Positions 10,786-22,086 are shown, numbered from the stretch's first letter. The stretch is 64,000 bases of DNA from Rhodoferax sp. (GCA_034519365.1 JAXHOO010000033.1:7850-71849), one strand, 5' to 3'. Notes: a model not told the origin generated them from the letters alone. Numbers and translations: made by a program.

Positions 10786-11827
10786 ATTGGGGGGAGAATA
10801 AAGCATGGAGAGGGAAGGGGAAGAGAGGAGAGGGGGGAGTGAAAGTGAGCATGAACAGGAAGAGTGAAAAAATGAAACCAGGGAAGGGGGGGAAAAGAGT
10901 AAATAGGGAGTGGAGACAAGAGGGAAGAGAGATGGATGAATAGAGCCGGAAGAAAATCAAAGATCCTAATATGGAATAAGGGGGGAGGGGAAAGGGGGAA
11001 GGGCTGAAAAGAATGCCTCTAAAAGCTACCAAGGAGGATGTCAACTTGACGACTCGTTTACTGGGGCGATCAGCTTGCGCAGTGGACCAGACCCCACACC
11101 GAACGCAAGGCCCGCTGGAAGAAGAAAGGGGGGATGAAAGCCGAGCCATCCCGAACACCCGGAAGAGTTGACAAAACATTGAGAGCCCCCAGCGGACAGG
11201 GGACGGGAGTATTAAAAGCTAGAAACCGAGGGACCGTGGAGCCCCACGCCACGACCCCGACCGCGGAAGATGAGAGGACCTGACACTAGACCGCCTGCGA
11301 AGCACCAAACCAAAAGCCCAACACCGGAACAAGGGGGGAGGGAGAAGAGGGGGAAGGGCTGACAAAGAAGCCCCGACAAAGCTCACCCAAGGAAGAAAGA
11401 AGGCAAGCCCGAGGCCGCGCTCATCACGCGCCGGGACCAGAAAAAGCCCCAGACCGAACCCAGGGAGAGGAGGAAAAAACGGTCGGCGCCGAGAAAGAAA
11501 AGGCGGATCTCCCCCGGAGGGAAAAAAAGGGGAAGGCAAAAAAGGGAGGCGAAGGAACCTCCTACCTCGGAGCGGAGCAAAAAAAGATCAGGAGCCGACA
11601 AAGAAGAGAACGACGCCGCGAACGATGAGGACAACAAGCTCATTGCGGAAATAAAAAGCCGGGATCCCCCGGAGGGAAAAAAATAGGTGGAAGGAAATAC
11701 AAGGCGACTGGTCGAACGGACACCTCGCCGCTCACTTTCCCCTGAGCGGCACGCAAAACGCACAACTGCCATTCAGCGAGCCCGACCATAAGAAGCAGCA
11801 CCCGCCGCGCAACCCGCCCCCACCCAC
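10786..11827. other. Purine-rich low-complexity stretch, probable low-quality sequence or assembly artefact
   Basis: Extreme A/G excess on the + strand and no credible ORF; replaces the natural gmhA 3' end. Confidence 0.7.
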
Positions 11828-12409
11828 GTAGTTTTCGGGGAAAAAGTGGCGTTCGATAAGTTCGATCAGGATGTGCAGTACCTTGATGTGTAGTTCCTGC
11901 ACACGGTCGGCATAGGTGCCGCCGGGGGTGCACACGTACACGTCGCTCAGTGGTTCCAACTTCTCGCTGCGTTTGCCGCTGAGGATGATGACCTTCATGC
12001 CCAGCGCCTTGGCGGCTTCGGCGGCCTTGATCACGTTTTTGCTGGTGCCGCTGGTGCTCAAAGCAACCAGGCAATCGCCGGGCCGGCCGTGGCCTTCGAT
12101 ATAGCGGGCGAACACGTTGTCGTAGCCATGGTCATTGCCGACGCAGGTCAAGTGCCCGGCATCGCTGATGGCGGTAGCGCCCAGCGCCTTGCGGTCTTTG
12201 CGATAGCGGCCAGTTAGCTCTTCGGCAAAGTGCATGGCGTCGCACATGGAGCCGCCGTTGCCGCACGAGTACACGCGGCCTTGGTTCTCAAACGTGGCGA
12301 TCAACAACTGTGCAGCCTGCTCGACCGTTGCCAGCGCAGCCGGATTGGCCAGCAAGGCGGTCAGTGCGGAATGCGCCTCTTGCAGGCTCGATTCGATGTG
12401 ATTTTTCAT
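11732..12409 (-). CDS. gmhA: D-sedoheptulose-7-phosphate isomerase (SIS domain); recognisable homology ends near 11828
   Basis: CGNGGSMCDAMHFAEELTGRY, STSGTSKN and DRVQELH motifs. The tail after PENY reads into the purine-rich stretch. Confidence 0.88.
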   Translation of the reverse strand: MKNHIESSLQEAHSALTALLANPAALATVEQAAQLLIATFENQGRVYSCGNGGSMCDAMHFAEELTGRYRKDRKALGATAISDAGHLTCVGNDHGYDNVFARYIEGHGRPGDCLVALSTSGTSKNVIKAAEAAKALGMKVIILSGKRSEKLEPLSDVYVCTPGGTYADRVQELHIKVLHILIELIERHFFPENYVGGGGLRGGCCFLWSGSLNGSCAFCVPLRGK

Positions 12410-12416
12410 GGTTCGC

Positions 12417-12812
12417 CTATTTGGAAACAATGGTTTTACCGATGGGCGCCAGCGCAATCAGCGCCAACTTGATGTGCTGAATGCCAAACGGGATACCGAT
12501 GATGGTGACAAAACAGGCCAGCGCCGACACCAAATGCCCAATCGCCAGCCACCATCCTGCCAACAGGAACCAAATCACATTGCCCACCAGCCCCAAGGCG
12601 CCGGTCCCAATGTCGTCTTGCTGGGTCAGGTCCTTGCGGCTCACGGCCTCTTTGCCGAATGGCAAAAACGCGAACTGCCCAATCACAAAACACGCCTTGG
12701 CCCACGGCAGGCCGACGATGGTGATGGCGGCCACCAGGCCCGCCAACCACCAGCCCAGGCCCATGAGAAAGCCGCCGAGGATGAACCAGAAGATATTACC
12801 GATCGTGCGCAT
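12417..12812 (-). CDS. yccF: YccF family inner membrane protein
   Basis: Duplicated GNxxWFxLxG...TIxGxP...PxGK motif. Confidence 0.88.
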   Translation of the reverse strand: MRTIGNIFWFILGGFLMGLGWWLAGLVAAITIVGLPWAKACFVIGQFAFLPFGKEAVSRKDLTQQDDIGTGALGLVGNVIWFLLAGWWLAIGHLVSALACFVTIIGIPFGIQHIKLALIALAPIGKTIVSK

Positions 12813-12823
12813 CGAGCTTCCTT

Positions 12824-14446
12824 CTAGTGGCGGAAGTGGCGCACGCCGCTGAACACCATCGCCACGCCGCGTTCATTCGCGGCATCAATCACCTCTTGGT
12901 CGCGCATCGAGCCACCGGGTTGGATGATGCTGGTAGCACCATGGTCCACCACCACGTCCAAGCCATCGCGGAAGGGGAAAAAGGCATCGCTAGCCACAGC
13001 AGTACCCGCCAATGACAGATTGGCGTGACCCGCCTTGATGCTGGCGATGCGCGCCGAATCCAAACGGCTCATCTGGCCGGCACCCACACCCATGGTCATT
13101 CCACCCTTGCAGAAGACGATGGCATTGGACTTGACGTACTTGGCCACGGTCCAGGCAAACATCAGGTCGTTCAACTCTTCTGCAGAGGGCTGCTTGGTCG
13201 TTACCACCTTCAGGTCGCTCAACGCCAGTTCGTGGTTATCCGCCGTTTGCAGCAAGATGCCGGAGCCAATACGCTTCATGTCCACCGCGTTGCGGCCTTG
13301 GTCCCACGCCGTCGATCCGCCCTTGGGTAAATCGATTTGCAAGATGCGCACGTTAACCTTACTCTTAAACACTTCCAGTGCGGCGGGGGTGAAGCTCGGG
13401 GCCATCAGCACTTCGACAAACTGCTTGGCAATCTGCTGCGCGCCGGCTTCATCCAGCTCAGTGTTGAGGGCGATGATGCCGCCGAAGGCGCTGGTGGGAT
13501 CCGTTTGGAAGGCCTTGCTGTAAGCCTCCAGAGCGTTGGCGCCTACGGCGACTCCACAAGGGTTGGCATGCTTAACGATGACACAGGCTGGCGTGCTAAA
13601 GCTCTTCACACATTCCCACGCAGCGTCCGCATCGGCGATGTTGTTGTAGCTCAGCTCTTTACCCTGCAACTGCTTGGACGTGACCAGTGAACCCGGCGCG
13701 GGAAACAGGTCGCGGTACAGCGCCGCCTGCTGGTGGCTGTTTTCACCGTAGCGCAGGTCTTGTACCTTGATGAAACGGCCATTACTTTGGCCCGCGAACA
13801 AGTCCAACTTGGGGGCAGCATCCCCGGCAGGCACTTCGTCACCCACTTGAATGGCGGAAAGGAAATCACTGATAGCGCCGTCATATTGGCTGATGCGGTT
13901 AAAGGCGGCGATGGACAGGCCCAGCTTGGTCTTATCACCGACCTTGCCATGGGCAGCCAGCTCGGCCACGACGGGGGCGTACTGCGAGGCGTCAGTCAGC
14001 ACCGCCACGTCTTTCCAGTTCTTAGCCGCGCTGCGCACCATAGCGGGACCGCCAATGTCGATGTTCTCAATCGCATCCTCCAAAGTGCAGCCCGCTTTGG
14101 CAACCGTGGATTCAAACGGGTACAAATTCACCACCAGAAAATCGATGGTGCCGATCTGGTGCTCGGCCAGCGCCGCCATGTGCGCAGGGAAGTCGCGGCG
14201 TGCCAGCAGACCACCGTGCACGCGGGGGTGCAGAGTCTTCACGCGTCCGTCCAGCATCTCCGGGAAGCCAGTCATCTCAGCCACTTCGGTCACGGGCAGG
14301 CCTTTCTCGGCCAGCAGTTTGGCGGTGCCACCAGTGGAGAGCAACTTAATGCCTTGCGCGTGCAGGGCTTGCGCGAGTTCGAGGATGCCGGTCTTATCCG
14401 AGACGGACAAAAGTGCGGTCTGGGGGGCTTTGCGGGAGGCGTTCAT
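12824..14446 (-). CDS. purH: Bifunctional AICAR transformylase/IMP cyclohydrolase
   Basis: [42 protein letters not shown] and terminal RHFRH. Confidence 0.97.
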   Translation of the reverse strand: MNASRKAPQTALLSVSDKTGILELAQALHAQGIKLLSTGGTAKLLAEKGLPVTEVAEMTGFPEMLDGRVKTLHPRVHGGLLARRDFPAHMAALAEHQIGTIDFLVVNLYPFESTVAKAGCTLEDAIENIDIGGPAMVRSAAKNWKDVAVLTDASQYAPVVAELAAHGKVGDKTKLGLSIAAFNRISQYDGAISDFLSAIQVGDEVPAGDAAPKLDLFAGQSNGRFIKVQDLRYGENSHQQAALYRDLFPAPGSLVTSKQLQGKELSYNNIADADAAWECVKSFSTPACVIVKHANPCGVAVGANALEAYSKAFQTDPTSAFGGIIALNTELDEAGAQQIAKQFVEVLMAPSFTPAALEVFKSKVNVRILQIDLPKGGSTAWDQGRNAVDMKRIGSGILLQTADNHELALSDLKVVTTKQPSAEELNDLMFAWTVAKYVKSNAIVFCKGGMTMGVGAGQMSRLDSARIASIKAGHANLSLAGTAVASDAFFPFRDGLDVVVDHGATSIIQPGGSMRDQEVIDAANERGVAMVFSGVRHFRH

Positions 14447-14519
14447 GGTGCGGGAGGAGAGTTAAAAACCAGAAGAGAGAGAGACGGCCCCGCAGCATGG
14501 CAGGGCCACGCAATGGGGT

Positions 14520-14756
14520 CTAGGTCAGCAACTTGTGCTCGACCAGTTTTTTGCGCAGGGTGTTGCGGTTCAGGCCCAGCCACTGGGCGGCGCGCGACTG
14601 GTTGTGTTCGGCTTGCGCCATCACCACTTCGAGCAGCGGTTTCTCCACCGCGCGCACCAACATGTCGTACATGCCATCGGGCTCAGTGCCATCCAGGTCA
14701 GAAAAATACATTTCTAGACTCGTGCGTACGCACTCGTCCAAGTGCTTTTGGCTCAT
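14520..14756 (-). CDS. fis: Fis family DNA-binding protein
   Basis: NQSRAAQWLGLNRNTLRKKL helix-turn-helix; dusB-fis-purH order. Confidence 0.92.
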   Translation of the reverse strand: MSQKHLDECVRTSLEMYFSDLDGTEPDGMYDMLVRAVEKPLLEVVMAQAEHNQSRAAQWLGLNRNTLRKKLVEHKLLT

Positions 14757-15805
14757 GCTGCCAGTTCCATCATGCTTTGTCCCTTTGCCAAACTGGCCGC
14801 AGCTCCCCGAGCGGGGATGCGGTCCATTTGTTCGTTCAAGCTATCCAAATACTGCTCCACTGCGACCACCTGGGACACACTGTCATCCAACGCATTCATG
14901 CGTTGGCGAAACGCCTCGCCACCGGGCAACTCACGCAGGTACCAGCCAATGTGCTTGCGCGCCGAGCGCACGCCGATGAATTCGTCGTACAGGCTGTAGT
15001 GGTCGTGCAGATGCTCCACCAGCAGACGCTTCACTTCGCTCACCAAAGGCGGTGCAAGCTGCGTGCCAGTCGACAAGAAGTGCGCCACTTCGCGGAATAT
15101 CCAGGGGTAGCCTTGGGCCGCCCGGCCGATCATGATGGCGTCGGCGCCCGTCACCCGCAGCACCTCGCGCGCCTTTTCGGGTGTGCTGATGTCGCCATTG
15201 GCAACCACCGGAATGCTGAGTGCGGCTTTCACTGCTGCCACGGTAGCGTATTCGGCCTCGCCTTTGTAGCCCTGCTCGCGCGTGCGACCGTGCACCGTCA
15301 CCATCTGCACGCCGGCGGCCTCCGCCGCACGGGCCAGCACCACCGCATTCTTCTCAGCTTGGCACCAACCAGTGCGCATTTTCAGCGTCACCGGCACATT
15401 GCGCGGCGCACAGGCGTCCACCACGGCTTGCACAATCTCGATGGCCAAAGCCTCGTCCTGCATCAACGCCGAACCCGCCCACTTGTTGCAGACCTTCTTG
15501 GCCGGGCAACCCATGTTGATGTCGATGATTTGCGCGCCGCGGTCGATGTTGTAGCGCGCGGCGTCCGCCATCATCTGGGCGTCTGTGCCGGCGATCTGCA
15601 CCGCAATCGGACCCGGCTCGCCATCGTGGTTGGCACGGCGCGAGGTCTTGAGCGTGTCCCACAAATCGCGCCGCGACGTCACCATCTCGCTCACCGCATA
15701 GCCCGCACCCAGCCGCTTGCACAACTGGCGAAACGGGCGGTCAGTCACCCCCGCCATGGGCGCAACAAAAAGGGGATTCGCCAAGGCGAATTGGCCGATG
15801 TGCAT
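14753..15805 (-). CDS. dusB: tRNA-dihydrouridine synthase B
   Basis: APMAGVTDRPFR, DINMGCPAKKV, HGRT and ANGDI motifs; start placed at MHIGQFAL. Confidence 0.93.
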   Translation of the reverse strand: MHIGQFALANPLFVAPMAGVTDRPFRQLCKRLGAGYAVSEMVTSRRDLWDTLKTSRRANHDGEPGPIAVQIAGTDAQMMADAARYNIDRGAQIIDINMGCPAKKVCNKWAGSALMQDEALAIEIVQAVVDACAPRNVPVTLKMRTGWCQAEKNAVVLARAAEAAGVQMVTVHGRTREQGYKGEAEYATVAAVKAALSIPVVANGDISTPEKAREVLRVTGADAIMIGRAAQGYPWIFREVAHFLSTGTQLAPPLVSEVKRLLVEHLHDHYSLYDEFIGVRSARKHIGWYLRELPGGEAFRQRMNALDDSVSQVVAVEQYLDSLNEQMDRIPARGAAASLAKGQSMMELAA

Positions 15806-15976
15806 GGAATGGGTGGGAATGAGGGAACGAATAAAAAGAAAGTGGCCCCGCGTTACCGGGGCCGGGCACATTCTACTTGCCCAAAATTTCAGCAATTGAA
15901 ATTTCGCTGCTGCAATGCAGCGAGGGCTCGTAACGTTCACCTTCGAGCAGTCAGCCCTGCCTATACTGCCTTCGCC

Positions 15977-16456
15977 ATGGACGCTTGGATACCCCACCTT
16001 CTGCAATTGCTTGCCCTGCCCGAATACAGCCTAGGCACGGTATTTGTCGTGTCGTTTTTGTCCGCCACGCTGCTGCCCATGGGGTCGGAGCCCGTGGTGC
16101 TCGGTCTGGTGCAGCTCAACCCCCATTTGTTCTGGCCCGTGGTGGTGGTGGCCACCTTGGGCAACACCCTAGGGGGTGGCGTGAGCTGGTGGATGGGGTA
16201 CGCGACCCACCAGGTGGTGGACCGACAGCGGCCTTCTACCCAGCAGCAGCGCGCCCTTGCGTGGCTGGAACGCTTGGGGCCCAAGGCCTGCTTGCTGGCT
16301 TGGCTGCCACTCGTGGGAGACCCGCTGTGCGCGGTAGCGGGTTGGCTGCGTCTACCATTCTGGCAATGCCTAGGCTATATGGCCATCGGCAAGCTGGTTC
16401 GCTACACCGTGATGACAGCGGCACTCACCGGTTTGCTGCAATGGTGGCAGCTTTGA
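15977..16456 (+). CDS. YqaA/DedA family membrane protein
   Basis: SFLSATLLPMGSE, GNTLGG and LPLVGDPL motifs; this is the real part of the 13733..16456 ORF. Confidence 0.88.
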   Translation: MDAWIPHLLQLLALPEYSLGTVFVVSFLSATLLPMGSEPVVLGLVQLNPHLFWPVVVVATLGNTLGGGVSWWMGYATHQVVDRQRPSTQQQRALAWLERLGPKACLLAWLPLVGDPLCAVAGWLRLPFWQCLGYMAIGKLVRYTVMTAALTGLLQWWQL

Positions 16457-16477
16457 CCTTGCTTTTCGCACTCCTTT

Positions 16478-16525
16478 TGCTACTTTTTGTATAGCTGCTT
16501 GCGCAATCTCCATCAGGGCTGACGC
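16478..16525 (+). repeat. Dispersed element, copy 2 (after yqaA; overlaps DMT stop on the opposite strand)
   Basis: TGCTACTTTTTGTATAGCTGCTTGCGCAATCTCCATCAGGGCTG. Confidence 0.8.
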
Positions 16526-17415
16526 ACTAAAACAAGGATAGTCCCGGCCACCGTCAGCGCCGCGCCCACCCAGGCCCCACGCGCCGGCGCACGGCCCAAG
16601 TGCCACCACAGCAACGGCAATACAAGCACCGGCGATACCGACGACAAGATACCCACCAAGCCCACATTCCCGTGCTGCAAAGCCATCAACACCAGACTCA
16701 TCCCTAATCCCATACCGATCAATCCACTCAGCGCAACCCAACCCAGAACGGACAGGTTCACCGGGTTTCGCGTGGTGGCCACCCGTGCTCCAGCCCACAG
16801 CAACAGCACGTGGGCTGCCGTCGTAGCGGCAACCCGCACCGCCGTCGCAGCCACCGGGTCCACACCGGCGACCATCACCGGCTTGGCAATCAGCGAGCCC
16901 AGCGCCTGGCACAGCGCGGCCAAAAGGCCCAACGCCACACCCCAAGCCCAATGGCCGCGTATCGCTTCGAGTTCATGCGATTCGTCCTTGCGTGCGCCCA
17001 AGGCCACCGCCGTCATCACACCGCCAACGACCAGCGCGCTGCCCAACATCGCGCGCGGGCCCATGCGTTCATCCAATACCGCAAACCCCAGCAGAGCGCT
17101 GAACAGCGCATGGGTGGCAAACAGTACGCCACTGCGGCGTGGCCCCATACGGTTCATGCAGGCAAACAGCGCTGTATCGCCAACAAAAATTCCGATCAGA
17201 CCGCTGACCATCAGGACGCCAACGACCTGCGGCGACAGCGTACGCCAACCACCACTCAGCAAGACGATCGGTAGCAACATCAGCAGCACCAGCCCCATGC
17301 GCCAGCGCGTAAATGCAAACGCGCCCAGATGGCGCGCTTGTGGGGCAGACAACAGGCTGGTAATGGCCCAGCAGCAAGCGGCCCCCAGCGCCAGCCAGTC
17401 GTAGCTTGGGGTCAC
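16513..17415 (-). CDS. DMT/EamA family transporter
   Basis: 300 aa, about 10 hydrophobic helices with a two-fold EamA repeat. Confidence 0.85.
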   Translation of the reverse strand: MTPSYDWLALGAACCWAITSLLSAPQARHLGAFAFTRWRMGLVLLMLLPIVLLSGGWRTLSPQVVGVLMVSGLIGIFVGDTALFACMNRMGPRRSGVLFATHALFSALLGFAVLDERMGPRAMLGSALVVGGVMTAVALGARKDESHELEAIRGHWAWGVALGLLAALCQALGSLIAKPVMVAGVDPVAATAVRVAATTAAHVLLLWAGARVATTRNPVNLSVLGWVALSGLIGMGLGMSLVLMALQHGNVGLVGILSSVSPVLVLPLLWWHLGRAPARGAWVGAALTVAGTILVLVRQP

Positions 17416-17434
17416 GCCGGGGCCTGCGTTATCG

Positions 17435-18526
17435 CTAGGAGCTGAACAAGAAGTTCAATACGTCACCATCCTTGACGACGTAGTCCTTGCCTTCGGCGCG
17501 CATCTTGCCGGCATCCTTGGCGCCTTGTTCACCCTTGAAGGTAATGAAGTCGTCAAACGCGATGGTCTGGGCACGGATGTAGCCCTTCTCAAAGTCGGTG
17601 TGGATCACGCCAGCGGCTTGCGGGCCGGTGTCACCTACATGGATCGTCCACGCGCGCACTTCCTTCACACCGGCGGTGAAGTAGGTTTGAAGACCGAGCA
17701 AGGTGTAGGCCGAGCGGATCAGGCGGTTCAGGCCCGGCTCGCTTTGGCCCAGCTCTTCCAGGAACATCTGGCGGTCTTCATCGCTCATCTCGCTCATCTC
17801 GGCTTCGAGCTTCGCGCAAATGGCCACCACCGGTGCGTTTTGCGCTTGGGCAAAGGCCTTGAGGCGGTCCAGCAACGGGTTGTTCTCGAAACCGTCTTCC
17901 GACACATTGGCTACAAACATCGCAGGCTTGGCGGTGATCAAGAAGAACTGCTTGAGCAACGGCAAATCTTCTTTGCTGAAATCCAGCGTGCGCACCGGTT
18001 TGGCCTCGTTCAGCGCGGCTTGGCATTTCTCTAGGATAGCGACTAGCTTGGCAGACTCTTTGTCGCCCGAACGTGCCAGCTTGGTGACACGGTGCAAGGC
18101 CTTTTCCACCGCAGCCAAGTCGGCCAAGCAGAGTTCGGTTTGGATCACCTCAATGTCGGCAATCGGGTCCACCTTGCCGGCCACGTGGATCACGTTGTCG
18201 TCCTCAAAACAGCGCACCACGTTGATGGTGGCATCGGTCTCCCGGATGTGCGCCAAAAACTTGTTGCCCAGGCCCTCGCCCGTGCTGGCACCGGCCACCA
18301 AACCGGCAATGTCCACAAACTCCACGATGGCAGGAACAATGCGTTCCGGCGTCACGATACCTGCCAACTGGCTCAAGCGCAGATCAGGAACTTCGACCAC
18401 GCCCACATTGGGCTCGATGGTGCAAAACGGGTAGTTTTCCGCCGCAATGCCCGCCTTGGTCAGGGCGTTGAAAAGGGTACTTTTGCCCACATTGGGCAGG
18501 CCTACAATGCCACACTTCAGACTCAT
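17435..18526 (-). CDS. ychF: Redox-regulated ATPase YchF
   Basis: [28 protein letters not shown] and IHTDFEKG motifs. Confidence 0.97.
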   Translation of the reverse strand: MSLKCGIVGLPNVGKSTLFNALTKAGIAAENYPFCTIEPNVGVVEVPDLRLSQLAGIVTPERIVPAIVEFVDIAGLVAGASTGEGLGNKFLAHIRETDATINVVRCFEDDNVIHVAGKVDPIADIEVIQTELCLADLAAVEKALHRVTKLARSGDKESAKLVAILEKCQAALNEAKPVRTLDFSKEDLPLLKQFFLITAKPAMFVANVSEDGFENNPLLDRLKAFAQAQNAPVVAICAKLEAEMSEMSDEDRQMFLEELGQSEPGLNRLIRSAYTLLGLQTYFTAGVKEVRAWTIHVGDTGPQAAGVIHTDFEKGYIRAQTIAFDDFITFKGEQGAKDAGKMRAEGKDYVVKDGDVLNFLFSS

Positions 18527-18556
18527 AAAAACCTCTAAAAACTGGAAGACAAGTGT

Positions 18557-20323
18557 ATGCCATACCTGCTTTCGCGCCTGATGTCGGCCGCCACCTTGTG
18601 GCTGGGCATGCTGGGGCCGATGGCTTGGGCAGCCCCCGCCCTTCCGGCCGACACCCTGTTACTGAACGATGGCAGTCCAGCCTTGGCATTGCAGCAAGAG
18701 CTACCCATGTGGCTGGAAAGTGGGGCACAGGCCACTATCGAGACGGTGGTTCAAACTCCGTTGCTGCTTTCCCCTACCTCATTCAACAAGGTGCCATCAC
18801 TGGAGACCAACACCACCTTGTGGATCCGCTTGCGCTTGGTGCGCACCGAAGGCAATGTCATTCCTTGGCGTCTCCATATTCCGATTCCCTATCTCGATTC
18901 GGTCACCCTGTACCAGCAGCGTTTTGACAACCGTTGGCAGGCATCTTCGTCCGGCGATACCTTGTCACAGACGCAATGGAGTCGCCCGGGCCTGTACCCG
19001 GAATTTGACCTGAACCTACCCGCCGGCGTCCCCCAAGACATCTACCTACAGATTCGCAATTTCAAACCGTTGGGTTTGCCGCTGCGGCTGACCCAAAGCC
19101 CCACGCGTGAAGGCCAACTGCTGGTAGAGATTTGTGCACTTGGCTTGCTATTGGGAATGTTGCTGACCTTGGTGACGATCAGCACCATTCGCTACCACGA
19201 ACACCGGAACAAGCTCGATTTGTTCGCAGCAGGGTATGGCAGCTTGGTCGTGTTGGCGCTGGCACAGGTGAATGGTGTGCTCAATGCGGTGTTGTGGAGC
19301 GATTGGCCTGCGTGGGCGGACTTTGCCAGCAGCGTCTTTCCCCAACTGGCGGTGGGTGCCGGTCTGGTATTTGTGCGCTACTTGTTGGGCTTAGGCCCCC
19401 AAAGCCCTCGCTTTGACAAGTTTTTGGTAGTGGCGGGCTGGTTCACCCTAGGCTCCATCGCTGGCTATGTCGTGTTGGACCGGTTGGTGGCGTCGTACCT
19501 GACACAACTGGCGCTCGTGCTGGCGACCACCACCGGGTTCACAGCAGCCCTCATCAGTTGGCGCCACGGCTCTGCGCTGGGCCCCTGGCTGGCTGGCGCC
19601 TATGTTCCCCAGTTCATTTACGTCCTGTGGCAAATCGCTGAAGTCTCCGGCCAAGTGTCGGCGCATTGGGAGATTCGCTACTTGCTGTCGTTGGCAATGG
19701 CGATGGTGATCCCTACCATTGTTTACGCCCTCAGCCGAGCCACCCATGACCGCAAAGAAGTGGCGGTGCGGGCCGATCACCTGCCTACCCAAGATGCACT
19801 CACCGGCCTACTGACCGCGCAAGCGTTTCAGCACCATGTTGAAGAGGCTTATCAGCGCGCCATCACGCACCGGGAGCCAGTGGCATTGGTGCTGGTGAGT
19901 GTCACCAATCTGGACCGCATACGGGCCACCATGGGTGATACCTCGGCCGAGCAGTGCATGTTGCGCGCGGTGATCAAGCTGCACCGCGTACTACGCGACG
20001 TAGATACCGCAGCCCGCGTCGGCACAGCCCGTTTCGCCATGCTCCTCGAAGGTACTTCCAGTCGACAGGCGTTGACCGAACGACTGGTCAAACTGGTGGC
20101 CTCCGGGCTAGTGCCATTGCAAGGGTTGGAGCCCGAGGTCACGCTGCAATTCCAGGCTGCTTGTGTTTTGCTGCAAGAGAACCCCCTGCCCGCCGACCAG
20201 GCCCTGGCGGATCTGTCGGAGGTGCTGGCCCATATATCACCCCGCACCCGCCGCCCGATCCGCTTTCTAGAGCCCGTGCCCACCCAAGCCGCGCCGCTGG
20301 AGTCTGTGTTGGAGTCCGTATGA
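18557..20323 (+). CDS. 7TM-DISM sensor with degenerate GGDEF domain (paralog 1)
   Basis: Signal peptide, DISMED2-like periplasmic part, 7 TM, then DALTGL; the GGDEF site reads RVGTARF. Confidence 0.8.
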   Translation: MPYLLSRLMSAATLWLGMLGPMAWAAPALPADTLLLNDGSPALALQQELPMWLESGAQATIETVVQTPLLLSPTSFNKVPSLETNTTLWIRLRLVRTEGNVIPWRLHIPIPYLDSVTLYQQRFDNRWQASSSGDTLSQTQWSRPGLYPEFDLNLPAGVPQDIYLQIRNFKPLGLPLRLTQSPTREGQLLVEICALGLLLGMLLTLVTISTIRYHEHRNKLDLFAAGYGSLVVLALAQVNGVLNAVLWSDWPAWADFASSVFPQLAVGAGLVFVRYLLGLGPQSPRFDKFLVVAGWFTLGSIAGYVVLDRLVASYLTQLALVLATTTGFTAALISWRHGSALGPWLAGAYVPQFIYVLWQIAEVSGQVSAHWEIRYLLSLAMAMVIPTIVYALSRATHDRKEVAVRADHLPTQDALTGLLTAQAFQHHVEEAYQRAITHREPVALVLVSVTNLDRIRATMGDTSAEQCMLRAVIKLHRVLRDVDTAARVGTARFAMLLEGTSSRQALTERLVKLVASGLVPLQGLEPEVTLQFQAACVLLQENPLPADQALADLSEVLAHISPRTRRPIRFLEPVPTQAAPLESVLESV

Positions 20324-22086
20324 AAGGCCGCTGGTCTTGGCGACGGTTAGGGACTCTTTGCATTGTGCTGGCCTCAATGGCGGTGCCAGCACAAGCCCAG
20401 AGCAGTAGCAACATCATCGTGCTGGAGGATGCGAATCCCAGCTTCCAAGTGAGTAGTCTGGTGGACTTGCGCCTGGAAGACCTGCCTGGCAGCAGCATTG
20501 CCCAAGTCGACAAAATGGGGCCTAAGCAGTTCACCACGGTGCCTGCCAACCAGATGCTGCCTTTGTCCACCGACCATGGTGCTTGGCTGCGCCTGAAACT
20601 GGTACGCGCCCCGGGCAGCCACGCGCACTGGACCTTGCACCTGCCCCTGCCCTACCTGGACCACGCCGCCCTGTACCTGCGCGACAACCGCGGCAACTGG
20701 GTACCGCAAGTGGCCGGTGACACACTGGCCGTCGACCAGTGGACCCACCCCGCGCTGTACCCTGACTTCAGTCTGGAATTAAACGACCAAGGTGTAACTG
20801 AAGCCCTGCTCCATGTTCGAAATTTCAAGCCTGTATCGCTACCACTGCACCTGGTGCAAGAGAGCACCCGAGCGCGCCAGCGCGAAATAGAGTCGCTGGG
20901 CCTGGGTGCCTTGCTGGGAATGATGGGCATGTTGGTGGGCGTGTGCGCCATCCACTACAGCCAAAGCGGGCAACGGGACGACGCTTGGTACACGCTTTAC
21001 ACCGTGTTGATGGCCATAGTGATCGCCAGCTCCACCGGCCTGACCAGTCTGTGGCTGTGGCCTACCTCCCCGGTTTGGGCCAACTTCGCCCACATGGCGC
21101 TGCCGGTAGTGTGCATAGGGACCACCACCTTGTTTGTACGCCACGTTACCTCGCTGGACGTCGCCTATCCCCGCCTAGCCCACGCGCTGTACGCCGTCGG
21201 CTTGGTGTCGCTGCCTCTGGCCCTGCTCGCCGCCGCCATTGACCGCCGCGTTGCAGACCACACCAACGGGCTGTATTTGGCTACTGGCTCCGTGCTGATC
21301 GTGCTCGCCACCGTGTTGACTTGGCGGCGTGGATATGCGGTCAGCAAGTGGCTGTTCATGGCCTACGGCCCGCAAGGGTTGACGGTGTTGGTGCTCGCTG
21401 CCCAGACCTGGGGATGGCTACCCGCTTGGTGGCAGGCGCGGTATGCGCTGATCTTGGCGGTGGCCATGACAGTGCCTCTGCTGCAGCAGGCCCTCTACGC
21501 CCGGGCGCGCGAGCGGCGCGATGTGCAGGACCGCGCCAAGGCTCTGCCCACGCAAGACGCGCTGACCGGGCTGCTCACGCCCGCGCTGTTCCAGCATCAG
21601 GTGGACCTGGCAATCTCACGCGCCAAGCACGACGGCGAGCCCAGCGCCATCGTGCTGGTGGATGTGGTGAACGCGAAATACCTGCGAGAACAGTACGGTG
21701 ACGCCGCCGCCGAGCAATGCCTGTTGCGCGCGGCGGTCAAGCTGCACCGCGTGCTTCGCGATGTGGACCCGGCTGGTCGAATCGACAGCGCGCGCTTTGG
21801 CCTGGTGTTGGACGGTGTATCCGACCGCCAGGCACTGACTGAGCGCATGGTGAGACTGATCGCTTCCGGTCTGATCCCGCTGCCCGGCTTGCAGCCCGAG
21901 GTCACGCTGCAATTCCACGTGGCCTGCGTGCTGTTGCACGAGGTGATCCCCAACCGCCAAACGGTGCTCGAAGAATTGGGCAATGTGATGCACGGTATAT
22001 CGCCGCGCACCCGACGGCCCATCCGCTTCCTGGAAGCCCCCGACACGGTTCCCGCCGACATGGACTCGGTTCAGTCAAACGCGTAA
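20320..22086 (+). CDS. 7TM-DISM sensor with degenerate GGDEF domain (paralog 2)
   Basis: ATGA overlap with paralog 1 and the same architecture; the GGDEF site reads RIDSARF. Confidence 0.8.
   Translation: MKGRWSWRRLGTLCIVLASMAVPAQAQSSSNIIVLEDANPSFQVSSLVDLRLEDLPGSSIAQVDKMGPKQFTTVPANQMLPLSTDHGAWLRLKLVRAPGSHAHWTLHLPLPYLDHAALYLRDNRGNWVPQVAGDTLAVDQWTHPALYPDFSLELNDQGVTEALLHVRNFKPVSLPLHLVQESTRARQREIESLGLGALLGMMGMLVGVCAIHYSQSGQRDDAWYTLYTVLMAIVIASSTGLTSLWLWPTSPVWANFAHMALPVVCIGTTTLFVRHVTSLDVAYPRLAHALYAVGLVSLPLALLAAAIDRRVADHTNGLYLATGSVLIVLATVLTWRRGYAVSKWLFMAYGPQGLTVLVLAAQTWGWLPAWWQARYALILAVAMTVPLLQQALYARARERRDVQDRAKALPTQDALTGLLTPALFQHQVDLAISRAKHDGEPSAIVLVDVVNAKYLREQYGDAAAEQCLLRAAVKLHRVLRDVDPAGRIDSARFGLVLDGVSDRQALTERMVRLIASGLIPLPGLQPEVTLQFHVACVLLHEVIPNRQTVLEELGNVMHGISPRTRRPIRFLEAPDTVPADMDSVQSNA

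Noticed and set aside
10775-11772. Phe/Pro/Leu/Ser-rich minus-strand ORFs
   Set aside because: They are by-products of the purine-rich low-complexity stretch.
15890-15940. Possible extra element copy upstream of yqaA
   Set aside because: The boxes and spacing do not fit (no TAGC, no GCGC-N11-GGGC).
13733-16456. 907-aa ORF
   Set aside because: It is mostly antisense to purH, fis and dusB; only the last 159 aa (YqaA) are real.
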